From Candidatus Aenigmatarchaeota archaeon (lineage in GTDB: Archaea; Thermoplasmatota; Thermoplasmata; Halarchaeoplasmatales; Halarchaeoplasmataceae): a DNA stretch of 64,000 nt. Numbering within the stretch: the stretch's first letter is position 1; every line of letters starts with the position of its first letter. The translations under genes were made by a program, and so were the position numbers. The notes under the pieces are model-generated. The model had not been told where the DNA came from. It was given only the letters and a program-made list of their open reading frames with translations, and did no database searches. Of this stretch, positions 41,760 to 51,751 are shown one piece after another. Location: assembly GCA_046537845.1 (NCBI GenBank), contig JBKHKA010000004.1:24586-88585 (forward strand), written 5' to 3'.

Positions 41760-42521
41760 ATGATCGAGATAGAGAGAGAGGGCGACATCACTATAATCAA
41801 ATTGGACAATCCCCCGGTAAATGCGGTATGTACTGAACTTTTGGACGAATTGGATGAGAAGTTGGACGAGGTTAAGAACGACGACAGCAGAGCGGTCATA
41901 ATGACCGGTAAGGGCAAGGCCTTCGTCGGGGGAGCAGATATCAAAGAGATGAAGGAGATGGACCCGAAAGAGGCGAACCAGTTCTCCCAAAAAGGTCAGT
42001 CCGTTTTGAACTGGATAGAGAACCTTCCTAAGCCCATAATAGCGGCCGTCAACGGCTTCGCCCTCGGTGGAGGTTCCGAGCTCGCGATGAGCTGTGATTT
42101 CATCATCGCTTCGGAGAAGGCAAAGTTCGGTCAGCCTGAAGTGGGACTAGGGCTCATCCCAGGGTTCGGCGGGACCCAGCGTTTAGCACGGTTGATAGGT
42201 ATGGGTCCTGCGAAAGAATTGATATTTACCGGTAAACAGATCGGCGCCGAAGAGGCCGAAAGATTGGGATTGGTAAATCACGTAGTGGAAGCGGACGAGT
42301 TGATGGATTTCTGCCGAGAGATAGCCGAGGAGATATCATCTAACGGGCCGTTAGCTGTTCGCTACGCTAAATTATCGATGAACGACGGGATCAAGGTTCC
42401 TCTCGACGAAGGCTTGAAAATAGAATCTGAACAGTTCGAAAGATGTTTTGAAACCGAGGATCAGGAAGAAGGTTTGGAGGCATTTATAGAAAAAAGGGAA
42501 GCCAAATTTAAAGGAGAATGA
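41760..42521 (+). CDS. crt: Enoyl-CoA hydratase (crotonase)
   Basis: AFVGGADI, AAVNGFALGGGSE, FGQPEVGLGLIPGFGGTQRL; both catalytic Glu present. Confidence 0.93.
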   Translation: MIEIEREGDITIIKLDNPPVNAVCTELLDELDEKLDEVKNDDSRAVIMTGKGKAFVGGADIKEMKEMDPKEANQFSQKGQSVLNWIENLPKPIIAAVNGFALGGGSELAMSCDFIIASEKAKFGQPEVGLGLIPGFGGTQRLARLIGMGPAKELIFTGKQIGAEEAERLGLVNHVVEADELMDFCREIAEEISSNGPLAVRYAKLSMNDGIKVPLDEGLKIESEQFERCFETEDQEEGLEAFIEKREAKFKGE

Positions 42522-43064
42522 GTGAGTGAAACGATGAGCTTGATAGATCTAACCTCCATGGCGGAACCAGACGAAGAGCTGCAGGAAAAGATAGAGGAAA
42601 CTTTAGAAGGGTTAAGAGAGGATATACCTGATTTCTGCTACCAGTGCGGTAAATGTACATCTGGATGTGAAGCTTTTATCTTATTGGAACTGGAGCCCCA
42701 TTCAATCATGGGAAAATCAAGGGCCGGTTTTATAGACGAACTAGTGAATTCAGACGAGATCTGGACCTGCATGCAGTGTTTCAAGTGTCAAGAGAGGTGT
42801 CCGCAGGATCTTTCCCCGGTCAGGATGATTTTTGCACTTAAGAACCTCGCCGTGGCCTCGGGAAAAGAGATACCCAGCGGTTATCAGAAGATGCTACAGT
42901 CGGTTCTCGGCAACGGGCTGATCCAGCAGACCAAAGAGGTGCTGAACCGGGCGAACAATACCAGAAAGAGAGATGATTATGACCTCCCCCCCGTTCCCCA
43001 GCCTGAAGATATGGATAAAGTCCAGCAGATATTGATTAAAGCGACCCAGGAGAAACTGAGGTGA
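42522..43064 (+). CDS. hdrC: Heterodisulfide reductase subunit C
   Basis: CYQCGKCTSGC and IWTCMQCFKCQERCP; immediately upstream of hdrB. Confidence 0.9.
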   Translation: MSETMSLIDLTSMAEPDEELQEKIEETLEGLREDIPDFCYQCGKCTSGCEAFILLELEPHSIMGKSRAGFIDELVNSDEIWTCMQCFKCQERCPQDLSPVRMIFALKNLAVASGKEIPSGYQKMLQSVLGNGLIQQTKEVLNRANNTRKRDDYDLPPVPQPEDMDKVQQILIKATQEKLR

Positions 43065-43066
43065 TT

Positions 43067-43948
43067 ATGATGGAGAAGCTTGGCTTATATCTTGGATGTG
43101 TTATCCCGACAGAACAGTATGCCTATGAGATGTCCATCAGGGAAGTACTTCCCCGATTTGATATAAAATTGACGGACCTGGACGAAGCCACTTGCTGTGG
43201 AGCTCCTCTCAGAAATATAAACTTGTTCACGACTATGTACCTTTCCGCGAGGAACATGGCGCTCTGTGAAAAGGAGGGCATAGATCTCTACGCTCCCTGC
43301 CCGATATGTCACCTGGCTTTGACCGAGGCAAAGGAGAAGTTGGAAGAAAATCAAGAGTTGAAAGACAAGATAAATTCAAAGCTGGAGGAAGAGGACTTAC
43401 GATACGAGGGAACTACGGAACTATATCATACACTGGATCTACTGCATGACGTGATCGGGTTGGACGAGATAAAAGATAAGGTGGAGGAACCTTTAGAAGA
43501 TATCACCTTCGCAGCTCACTACGGTTGTAATTCCATCCGACCTAACGCTCTTCCGAGACCCGATGATTCCGAAAATCCCCGAAAGCTGGAAGAACTTATG
43601 GAGGGGATCGGGATGAAAACGGAAGATTATCCGGAGAAACTCAACTGCTGCGGGGGTCAAGTAATATTGGATTACAACGAATCAGCCCTGACCAAGGCCG
43701 GCGAAAAAATCGAGGCGGTGCAGAATCAGGGATTCGATGGCATGTCGACGGTCTGCCCGTGGGGTCACAGGATGCTTGATTCTAAACAGGACAGCGCCGC
43801 CGATACCATAGGAGGATCCTTGGACCTGCCGGTGTTGTATTATATTCAACTCTTGGGGATAGCGATGGGCATCGATCAATCTAAGTTAGGACTAGAATTA
43901 AACCTGAGTCCTATAGATAAATTAGATATCATCGAGGAGGTTGAATGA
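43067..43948 (+). CDS. hdrB: Heterodisulfide reductase subunit B (second CCG domain atypical)
   Basis: LGC...TCCG...CPICH; HYGCN...CCGG...CPWG; LPVLYYIQLLG. Confidence 0.9.
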   Translation: MMEKLGLYLGCVIPTEQYAYEMSIREVLPRFDIKLTDLDEATCCGAPLRNINLFTTMYLSARNMALCEKEGIDLYAPCPICHLALTEAKEKLEENQELKDKINSKLEEEDLRYEGTTELYHTLDLLHDVIGLDEIKDKVEEPLEDITFAAHYGCNSIRPNALPRPDDSENPRKLEELMEGIGMKTEDYPEKLNCCGGQVILDYNESALTKAGEKIEAVQNQGFDGMSTVCPWGHRMLDSKQDSAADTIGGSLDLPVLYYIQLLGIAMGIDQSKLGLELNLSPIDKLDIIEEVE

Positions 43949-43949
43949 T

Positions 43950-45932
43950 ATGTCAGGAATAGGCGTCTTTATCTGTCACTGCGGGACAAATATAGCGGGA
44001 AGTGTGGATGTGGAAGAATTGACGGAATATGCATCTAATTTGAACGGAGTGACCTTTGCAACCAATTACAAATACATGTGTTCGGACCCTGGCCAAGAAT
44101 TGATCAAAGAGAATATCGAAGAGCACGACCTGGACGGTGTGGTCGTTGCGGCTTGCTCACCCAGGATGCACGAACCGACGTTCCAAGCCGTCCTCGAAGA
44201 TGCTGGTTTAAACCCCTATCGCTTTCAGATGGCCAATATAAGGGAACACTGTGCTTGGGTCCACAGCGATGATATGGAAAAAGCTACGGAGAAGGCAGAA
44301 CATTTGGTAAAGATGAGCGTGGAGAAAGCTCGCTTATCTGAAGACCTTGAAAAGACCGAGATAGATGTCAATTCAGATGCGTTAGTCATCGGTGGAGGGA
44401 TTGCCGGGATACAGGCCGCACTAGATCTCGCGGATCAGGGTAAAAAAGTCTATCTTGTCGAACGAGAACCCAGTATAGGTGGAAAGATGGCCCAATTGGA
44501 CAAGACTTTCCCCACTTTAGACTGTTCCTCCTGTATCTTGACTCCTAAGATGACCGACGTGGCTCGTAATCCGAATATCGAATTACTCACTTATTCAGAA
44601 GTCGAAGAGGTCGATGGCAGCGTAGGAGACTTTGAGGTAAAGGTGAAGAAGAAGGCCACCTACGTCGATTGGGACAAGTGTACCGCATGTGGAGAGTGTG
44701 CAGAAGTGTGCAGGATGGAAGGCCAGATCGCCGACGAGTTCAACGAAGAGCTGGATAAACGCTCCGCTATCTATACGCCCTTCCCGCAGGCGGTACCCGC
44801 CGCGTATACCATCGATCCGGAGAACTGCCTGTATGTCCAGACAGGAAAGTGCGGTGATTACCCGCCCTGTAAAGAAGTATGTGATCTCGACGCTATAGAC
44901 CACGAAGACGAGGACGAGATAGTAGAACTGAACGTCGGCTCCATCATCGTAGCTACTGGCTACGACCTCATGGACCCGGAGAAGATGTACGAGTATGGTT
45001 ATGGTAAATCCGAAAATGTAATCACAAATCTAGAATTGGAGAGGATAATAGACGCTTCGGGACCCACCGAAGGTGAGATACATAGGTTATCGGATGGAGA
45101 AGAAGTGGAAAGCGTGACCTTCATCCTATGCGTCGGGTCTAGAGACGAGGAATTACAGTCTTACTGCTGCAGGATAGGCTGTATGGGCGCCCTGAAGCAC
45201 GTACACCTGTTGAGAGAACACCTGGACGAAGATGTGGACATAAACATCTGCTATACTGATATCCGATCCTTCGGAAAGGGCTATGAAGAGTTCTACAGGA
45301 GGACGAGAGGATTAGACGTGAACTTCGTTCGTGGGAGGCCTTCGGAGGTCAGCGTTCGAGAAGAGAAGGTAGAACTGAACGTCTTCGATACTACCATGGA
45401 TAAGCTCCTTCAGATGGAATCCGATCTGGTCGTTTTGGTCCCTGCACTACTTCCGAGCGAGGGTACCGAAGAACTGTCGAGGCAGCTGCGGATAACCCGT
45501 TCTGGGGACGGCTTCCTTCAAGAGGCGCACCCCAAGTTGAGACCCGTGGACACTTTCACGAACGGGATATTCATAGCGGGATGCTGTCAAGGGCCAAAAG
45601 ATATACCAGATTCAGTATCACAGGCTTCTGGAGCGGCTGCAAAGGCTTCTACCATTTTGTCCAAGGAAAAATTACAATCCGAAGCCACCATAGCCTCCAT
45701 AGACGAGGATATCTGTAGCGGATGTAAGATGTGCATATCGGTCTGCCCCTACGAGGCCATAGAATACGATGAAGAAGACGAAGTTGCGAAGGTTACCGAC
45801 GTGCTCTGTATGGGGTGCGGTTCCTGCGCGAGTGTTTGTCCTTCAGGCGCTATCGAGCATAAAGGATTTAAAGATGAGATGTTAGAGGCGATGATAGAAG
45901 CAGGCCTGTCAGAAGGCGAGGCGATAGAATGA
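43950..45932 (+). CDS. hdrA: Heterodisulfide reductase subunit A (flavin-bifurcating)
   Basis: VFICHCGTNIAG, AACSP, NIREHC, GGGIAG, KTFPTLDCSSC, inserted and C-terminal ferredoxin motifs, EAHPKLRP, GPKDIP. Confidence 0.95.
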   Translation: MSGIGVFICHCGTNIAGSVDVEELTEYASNLNGVTFATNYKYMCSDPGQELIKENIEEHDLDGVVVAACSPRMHEPTFQAVLEDAGLNPYRFQMANIREHCAWVHSDDMEKATEKAEHLVKMSVEKARLSEDLEKTEIDVNSDALVIGGGIAGIQAALDLADQGKKVYLVEREPSIGGKMAQLDKTFPTLDCSSCILTPKMTDVARNPNIELLTYSEVEEVDGSVGDFEVKVKKKATYVDWDKCTACGECAEVCRMEGQIADEFNEELDKRSAIYTPFPQAVPAAYTIDPENCLYVQTGKCGDYPPCKEVCDLDAIDHEDEDEIVELNVGSIIVATGYDLMDPEKMYEYGYGKSENVITNLELERIIDASGPTEGEIHRLSDGEEVESVTFILCVGSRDEELQSYCCRIGCMGALKHVHLLREHLDEDVDINICYTDIRSFGKGYEEFYRRTRGLDVNFVRGRPSEVSVREEKVELNVFDTTMDKLLQMESDLVVLVPALLPSEGTEELSRQLRITRSGDGFLQEAHPKLRPVDTFTNGIFIAGCCQGPKDIPDSVSQASGAAAKASTILSKEKLQSEATIASIDEDICSGCKMCISVCPYEAIEYDEEDEVAKVTDVLCMGCGSCASVCPSGAIEHKGFKDEMLEAMIEAGLSEGEAIE

Positions 45933-46375
45933 CAGAAAATAAAGATTTCGAGCCGAAGATAATAGCTTTTCTATGCAACTGGTGCAGCTACGCCGGGGCC
46001 GACCTGGCCGGTGTGAGTAGAGAACAGTATCCTCCAAACATTTTGAACATGAAGGTCATGTGTTCTTCGAGAGTTTCTCCAGAACATATTTTCGACTCAT
46101 TTCAGAAAGGTGCCGACGGTGTTCTCATCGCGGGATGTCACCCCGGCGACTGCCACTATATCGACGGAAATTATAAGACCATCAGGAAAACAGAACTGAT
46201 GTGGAAGATGCTGGAGGATTTTGGTATAGATCCTCACAGATTGAGACTGGAATGGATATCATCCGCTGAAGGAGGCAAGTTCGCTAGCATGATGAGAGAG
46301 ATGACAGAGGACATACGGGAATTGGGTCCGCTGGAGATGAACGGTCATTCCAAGGGAGAGGATAAAGATGAGTGA
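45929..46375 (+). CDS. mvhD: Hydrogenase/Hdr adaptor subunit MvhD
   Basis: FLCNWCSYAGADLAG, GADGV..AGCHPGDCHY..GN, WISSAEG. Confidence 0.95.
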   Translation: MTENKDFEPKIIAFLCNWCSYAGADLAGVSREQYPPNILNMKVMCSSRVSPEHIFDSFQKGADGVLIAGCHPGDCHYIDGNYKTIRKTELMWKMLEDFGIDPHRLRLEWISSAEGGKFASMMREMTEDIRELGPLEMNGHSKGEDKDE

Positions 46376-47348
46376 AGACAAGAAAACCATAGGATTTTAC
46401 TGGTGCGCATCTTGTGGCGGGTGCGAGATCAGTGTGTTAGATATAGACGAGATGATCTTGGACGTGGTCGAGAAGGCCGACATCAAATTTTGGCCGTGTG
46501 CCATGGATCCAAAATATGATGACGTAAGAGCCATGAACGACGATGAGTTCGATTTCATATTCATAAACGGCTCCATACGCTCCGAGGAGAACGAGGAGAT
46601 GGTAAAACTGCTGCGGAAGAAAGCCAAAAACGTGGTGGCTTACGGCTCCTGTTCCAGTATTGGCGGATTGTTCGGTTTGGGTAATCTTCACAGCAGTCAG
46701 GAACTGCTTGATAAAGGCTACAATACTAGATCTACTGACGAAGGTCCGATGCCTAAAAAAGTAAGTAAAGTTGAAGAAGGGGAATTGGAACTTCCAGAAT
46801 TGACACTTCATGTGACTCCACTAGAGGACGTCATAGAGGTCGATTATTATATCCCCGGATGTCCTCCCCTGCCGGTCCAACTTGAGGAGGCGTTCCCGGC
46901 GCTTTTGGACGACGATACCGAAGTGGGGAAATACGATTTCATCTCGGAAAAGAGCGTATGCGACGAGTGCCCCATGGAGAGAGAAGAGAAGAATATAGAG
47001 AGGTTGATCCCGATACAGGAGAAAATGGACATCGACCCGGTGGAATGTTTGCTGGACCAGGGTGTCCTATGCATGGGTCCCGCTTCGGCAGGTATGTGTG
47101 AAGCTGCCTGCCCCTCGGTTGGTCATCCCTGCATCGGCTGTAACGGACCTACAAGAGAAGTTGCGGACCAGGGAGGAAGGATGGCTTCGGCCTTGGCGTC
47201 CGTGATCGCTATCGAGGGAGAAGAGAGAAAGACGGAAGAGGATATCAGAGATGCGATGGAGAGTGTGAGAGATCCGACTGGATCGTTCTATAGATTCAGT
47301 CTTCCGACCAGCATCTTGAGATATAAAAGAGGGGATACCGATGAGTGA
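46368..47348 (+). CDS. mvhG: [NiFe] hydrogenase small subunit MvhG
   Basis: CASCGGC, YGSCS..GG, IPGCPP, CDEC, CLLDQG..CMGP, CP...PCIGCNGP. Confidence 0.93.
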   Translation: MSEDKKTIGFYWCASCGGCEISVLDIDEMILDVVEKADIKFWPCAMDPKYDDVRAMNDDEFDFIFINGSIRSEENEEMVKLLRKKAKNVVAYGSCSSIGGLFGLGNLHSSQELLDKGYNTRSTDEGPMPKKVSKVEEGELELPELTLHVTPLEDVIEVDYYIPGCPPLPVQLEEAFPALLDDDTEVGKYDFISEKSVCDECPMEREEKNIERLIPIQEKMDIDPVECLLDQGVLCMGPASAGMCEAACPSVGHPCIGCNGPTREVADQGGRMASALASVIAIEGEERKTEEDIRDAMESVRDPTGSFYRFSLPTSILRYKRGDTDE

Positions 47349-48801
47349 AAAGAAGAAGATATCCATAGATCCTATAACGAGGTTAGAAGGCCACGGTAAG
47401 ATAGAGATATTTTTGGATGATGAGAAAGAAGTGGAGAACGCCTATCTTCAGGTACCGGAGTTCAAGGGCTTTGAAAAGTTCTGTCAGGGAAGAAGGGCAG
47501 AGGACATGCCCACCATAACTAGCAGGATATGTGGTGTATGTCCGGTAGCCCATCATCTTGCTTCGACAAAAGCTTTAGATGCTGCCTATAACGTAGAACC
47601 GCCCGAGCCGGCGGAGAAACTGAGAGAACTCTTCTATAACGGCTATATCTATGCGGATCATCTTTTACACTTCTACTATCTAGCCAGTCCCGATTTCCTG
47701 GTCGGCACGGACGCCCCGAAAGAAGCGAGGAACATATTGGGGGTTATAGAGGAAGTTGGAGTCGATATAGGAAAGAAGGTCATCAAACAGAGGGGCAAGG
47801 GTCAGGAGATCATCCGCATGCTGGGGGGAAAGGCGGTACATCCGAGCTTCGGTGTCCCCGGTGGCGTGGTGAAATCACTAGATAACGAAGAGAGAGAGGA
47901 ACTGATAGAGTTGTCCGACGATATGGTCGATTTTGCAGAGTTCACTCTTGACCTGTTCAAAGATGAAGTGCTGAGTGAGTTTGAAGAGCCGATAAAAGAA
48001 GATCGTTTGGAGACCTATAGCATGGGTCTGACCGAGGACGGAGAACTCAGCCATACCGGAGGTATCGTGAATGTGGTGACCCCGGATGGTGAAGATCTTA
48101 CCGATTTCTCTGGCGAAGATTATCTTGACGTTATCAGAGAACATAAGGAATCCTGGAGTTATATGAAATTCCCGTATCTGAAAGAGGTGGGATGGGAAGG
48201 ATTCGTGGATGGTGAAGATTCAGGTGTGTACCGTGTCGGCCCGTTGGGCAGAGTGAACGCATCCGAGGGCATGAAAACTGAGAAGGCCCAGGAAGGATAT
48301 GAAGAACTCTTCGAAATGTTGGGATATCCGGTCCACTCGACATTGGCTTACCACTGGGCCAGGTTGATAGAGGTCCTTCAAGCCGCTGAGTTGGTTCAGA
48401 AATTGGCACACGACGAGGACCTGGAAAGCGATAACATCCGGAACGAGCCCGGGGAACCGGGAAAGGGTGTAGGTATCGTGGAAGCGGCGAGAGGGACGCT
48501 GATCCACGATTACGAATTGGACGAAGATGGATTGGTTAAAGATCTCAATCTTATTGTAGCTACCACCCACAATGCGGCACCTATATCGATGAGTATCAGA
48601 GATGCTGCCAAAAAGTATATCGACGCAGGAGATGTTCAAGAAGGGATGCTCAACAGCGTCGAGAGAGCTTTCAGGGCTTACGATCCGTGCCTGGCCTGTG
48701 CTACACACTCCGCGATGGGAGAGACGCCCTTGAAGGTCAATATCTATGACAAGGACGGAAAAAATTTGAAGGAGGTCACCCAGGGGATAGGTGAAAGCTA
48801 G
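47341..48801 (+). CDS. mvhA: [NiFe] hydrogenase large subunit MvhA (group 3c by context)
   Basis: TRLEGHG, L1 RICGVC, EAARG, L2 DPCLACATH followed by a cleavable tail. Confidence 0.94.
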   Translation: MSEKKKISIDPITRLEGHGKIEIFLDDEKEVENAYLQVPEFKGFEKFCQGRRAEDMPTITSRICGVCPVAHHLASTKALDAAYNVEPPEPAEKLRELFYNGYIYADHLLHFYYLASPDFLVGTDAPKEARNILGVIEEVGVDIGKKVIKQRGKGQEIIRMLGGKAVHPSFGVPGGVVKSLDNEEREELIELSDDMVDFAEFTLDLFKDEVLSEFEEPIKEDRLETYSMGLTEDGELSHTGGIVNVVTPDGEDLTDFSGEDYLDVIREHKESWSYMKFPYLKEVGWEGFVDGEDSGVYRVGPLGRVNASEGMKTEKAQEGYEELFEMLGYPVHSTLAYHWARLIEVLQAAELVQKLAHDEDLESDNIRNEPGEPGKGVGIVEAARGTLIHDYELDEDGLVKDLNLIVATTHNAAPISMSIRDAAKKYIDAGDVQEGMLNSVERAFRAYDPCLACATHSAMGETPLKVNIYDKDGKNLKEVTQGIGES

Positions 48802-48995
48802 AATAGGTAGTATATATTTAAATCATGAACAAGTGATGGGGACATTTCGAAAGATGGTCTGTGCACCCCTATTCAAGTAGATTCTATCAAATCGAAGAGT
48901 TTAAATCTATCTTTCATAATTTGAAAGCGGTTTTACATAAAAAAACAAATTGGATTAGTTGGGTAAAACTTGGAAGAACAAAAAAGGTGAAAAAA

Positions 48996-50891
48996 ATGGA
49001 TGAATATGAGAAAGTATATGAAGAATCATTAGAGAACCCTAGATCATTTTGGGCAGACGCGGCTGAAGATATAGAATGGGATGAAAAATGGGATCACGTT
49101 TTAGATGAGTCTAACAAACCGTTCTATAGGTGGTTTTCAGGAGGAAAGCTCAATACCTGTTATAATGCAGTCGATTATCATATCAAAGATGGCAGAGGTG
49201 ATCAAGATGCTATCATATATGATAGCCCAGTAACAGATACGATAGAGAAATATTCCTTCGAAGAGTTGAAAGAGCGGGTTTCAAAGATCGCGGGATTCCT
49301 GAGAGAACTCGGGGTCGAGAAGGGCGATACGGTAGTTATCTACATGCCCATGATACCCGAGTCTCTAATGGCCATGTTAGCGTGCGCACGGATAGGCGCC
49401 GTTCATTCCGTCGTGTTCGGCGGTTTTGCATCCAATGAACTGGCGATCAGAGTGGATGATGCCGAACCCGACGTTATACTTTCTGCATCATGCGGGATCG
49501 AACGGGACGAGGTCATAGAGTACAAACCTCTTCTTGACGAGGCGATAGAACTGGCGGAGAACAAGCCCACGAAGTGCGTTATCAAGCAGAGACCCGAGTA
49601 CGAAGGCGAACTTATCGAGGGGAGAGACTATGATTGGGACGAGCTGGAAGAAGAGGCCGAACCCGCAGACTGCGTCTCTGTAGGTGCTAATGATCCTCTT
49701 TATGTGTTGTATACTTCTGGAACCACGGGTAAGCCCAAGGGAGTCGTCAGAGATAATGGCGGACACGCCGTGGCATTGAAATGGTCTATGAGAAATGTTT
49801 ATGGGGTAGAACCCGGAGACGTTTACTGGGCCGCTTCAGATGTCGGCTGGGTCGTGGGTCATTCTTATATCGTCTATGCACCGCTCTTGATCGGCGCTAC
49901 CACGGTCATGTACGAAGGTAAACCTGTTGGAACTCCTGATCCAGGTGCGTTTTGGCGGGTCATCTCTCAGCATGACGTCGACGTGTTGTTCACAGCTCCT
50001 ACAGCCATCAGGGCTATAAAAAGAGAGGATCCAGAGGCGGAGTACTTTGAAGATTACGATGTTTCCGGTTTGGATTCGCTCTTCCTAGCGGGTGAAAGGA
50101 CCGATCCCGATACCTATCATTGGGTTTCCGATCTGCTGCAAGTCCCGGTTATCGACCACTGGTGGCAGACGGAGACAGGGTGGCCAATCGTAGGGAACTT
50201 CAGAGGATTAGAGCAGTTCCCGATCAAACCGGGTTCGGCGACCAAACCTATGCCCGGATATGACCTTCAAATATTGGATCCCCAGACTGGAGAGGAGTTA
50301 CCTCCTGGCGAGACCGGAGTGATCGCGATCAAGCTTCCTTTACCACTAGGGAACTTCATCACTTTGTGGAATAACGATGAGAAGTTCAAGCAGGAATATA
50401 TGGATCCCTTCCCGGGCTATTATTTCACCGGCGACGCAGGCTTCGTCGACGAGGATGGCTATGTGTCCATCATGGGGCGGGTAGATAACGTCATCAATGT
50501 AGCTGGACATAGACTCTCTACCGGCAGTATGGAAGAAGCAGTCGCGAAGCATGATGCGGTAGCGGAGTGTGCAGTGGTAGGTATCAATGACGAGTTGAAG
50601 GGTGAAGTGCCCCTTGGCTTCCTGGTATTGAAGTCGGGTGTCGATCAAGATCATGAGGAAATAAAATCGGAAGTTATACAGATGGTCAGGGATGAAGTGG
50701 GTCCAATTGCGTCTTTCAAGAAGGTGCTGATCGTCGACGAGCTGCCAAAGACACGATCTGGTAAGACGCTGAGAGGGACCATGAAGAAGATAGCCGACGG
50801 TGAAGATTACTCCGTACCTTCAACTATCGCGGACGAGGGAGCTTTAGATACTATAGAAGAGGCGATAGAGGAAGAAGGGGTAGAAAAGTAA
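48996..50891 (+). CDS. prpE: Propionyl-CoA synthetase-like acyl-CoA ligase
   Basis: YTSGTTGKPKGVVRDNGGHAVAL, WAASDVGWVVGHSY, DHWWQTETG, AGHRLSTG, PKTRSGK. Start after AGGTGA. Confidence 0.85.
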   Translation: MDEYEKVYEESLENPRSFWADAAEDIEWDEKWDHVLDESNKPFYRWFSGGKLNTCYNAVDYHIKDGRGDQDAIIYDSPVTDTIEKYSFEELKERVSKIAGFLRELGVEKGDTVVIYMPMIPESLMAMLACARIGAVHSVVFGGFASNELAIRVDDAEPDVILSASCGIERDEVIEYKPLLDEAIELAENKPTKCVIKQRPEYEGELIEGRDYDWDELEEEAEPADCVSVGANDPLYVLYTSGTTGKPKGVVRDNGGHAVALKWSMRNVYGVEPGDVYWAASDVGWVVGHSYIVYAPLLIGATTVMYEGKPVGTPDPGAFWRVISQHDVDVLFTAPTAIRAIKREDPEAEYFEDYDVSGLDSLFLAGERTDPDTYHWVSDLLQVPVIDHWWQTETGWPIVGNFRGLEQFPIKPGSATKPMPGYDLQILDPQTGEELPPGETGVIAIKLPLPLGNFITLWNNDEKFKQEYMDPFPGYYFTGDAGFVDEDGYVSIMGRVDNVINVAGHRLSTGSMEEAVAKHDAVAECAVVGINDELKGEVPLGFLVLKSGVDQDHEEIKSEVIQMVRDEVGPIASFKKVLIVDELPKTRSGKTLRGTMKKIADGEDYSVPSTIADEGALDTIEEAIEEEGVEK

Positions 50892-51098
50892 TCTTCGAGC
50901 GCCCCTTCGAGCGCTTTTCAATTGGATCACACATATCATCATTACATACTCGGTAGACCGAGATAAAAGTGTGATGTCTTCCGTAAAGTCTTCACTTCCT
51001 GTAGTGTCAAGTTCGTCACTTGGAAGACCTGATCTGTCCAGGTATGGAGATCCATTGCGAACAGCAAAATAAAAATAAGAGAAATATATTGGCCCTTT

Positions 51099-51713
51099 AT
51101 GGATGAAAAAGATCAGCTCGAGCCTCGTACGATAATCAAGAAACCGCCGCCCAAGATAGCTGATCCCGCTTGTTTGGGTTTGATCGGTCTTGCCATAGCT
51201 GCTTTGGTACTAGCTTTTACAGACCTAGGTTTTGCCTCGAGCAAAATGGAATCCCTGATTATCCCTTGGACTCTGTTTCTAGGAGCTACGGCCCAGTTGG
51301 TAGCTGGAATAATGGATTTTAAGAGAGATAACATATTTGGAGCTACTGCATTCACAACATATTCTATGCTCTGGTATTCTGTTTCACTCACGTTGTTCAT
51401 AACTATATTCACGTCCATCGATTTTGATCTCACGCATTATGCGCACGGGCTGCTAGGATTTTTGATCTTCAGTATCATATTGACAGGCGCCTCGTTGATG
51501 ACGAATAAAACTCTCCTGGCAGTCCTTATATCTATCGACGTCGCCATTCTGGCTCTCGTCTCTCATATCTTGGTCGGTACAGGAGCGGTTCCTGTGGGTG
51601 TTTCGCTTCTTTTTGTCTCGATATTCTCTTTCTACGGAGCCGCCGGAGTGCTGCTCAACAATATGGCGGAAAAGGAGATATTGCCTTTAGGGGAACCTCT
51701 CTGGGAGCCATAG
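51099..51713 (+). CDS. satP: Acetate/succinate uptake permease (SatP/GPR1-FUN34-YaaH)
   Basis: ADPACLGL (ANPAPLGL-like), AQLVAG, N.FGATAFTTY, six TM segments, LPLG. Confidence 0.85.
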   Translation: MDEKDQLEPRTIIKKPPPKIADPACLGLIGLAIAALVLAFTDLGFASSKMESLIIPWTLFLGATAQLVAGIMDFKRDNIFGATAFTTYSMLWYSVSLTLFITIFTSIDFDLTHYAHGLLGFLIFSIILTGASLMTNKTLLAVLISIDVAILALVSHILVGTGAVPVGVSLLFVSIFSFYGAAGVLLNNMAEKEILPLGEPLWEP

Positions 51714-51751
51714 ACCGTTAAGGGTTGGAAAAGGGGTCAAAAGTTTCGGAT

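Noticed and set aside
42522..48801. Hdr-Mvh as evidence for methanogenesis
   Set aside because: No mcr, mtr or methyltransferase genes in the window. Mvh-Hdr occurs in many non-methanogens, the context is acyl-CoA metabolism, and HdrB is atypical.
45929..48801. Selenocysteine recoding in Mvh/Hdr subunits
   Set aside because: All relevant positions are ordinary Cys codons in uninterrupted frames (e.g. DPCLAC).
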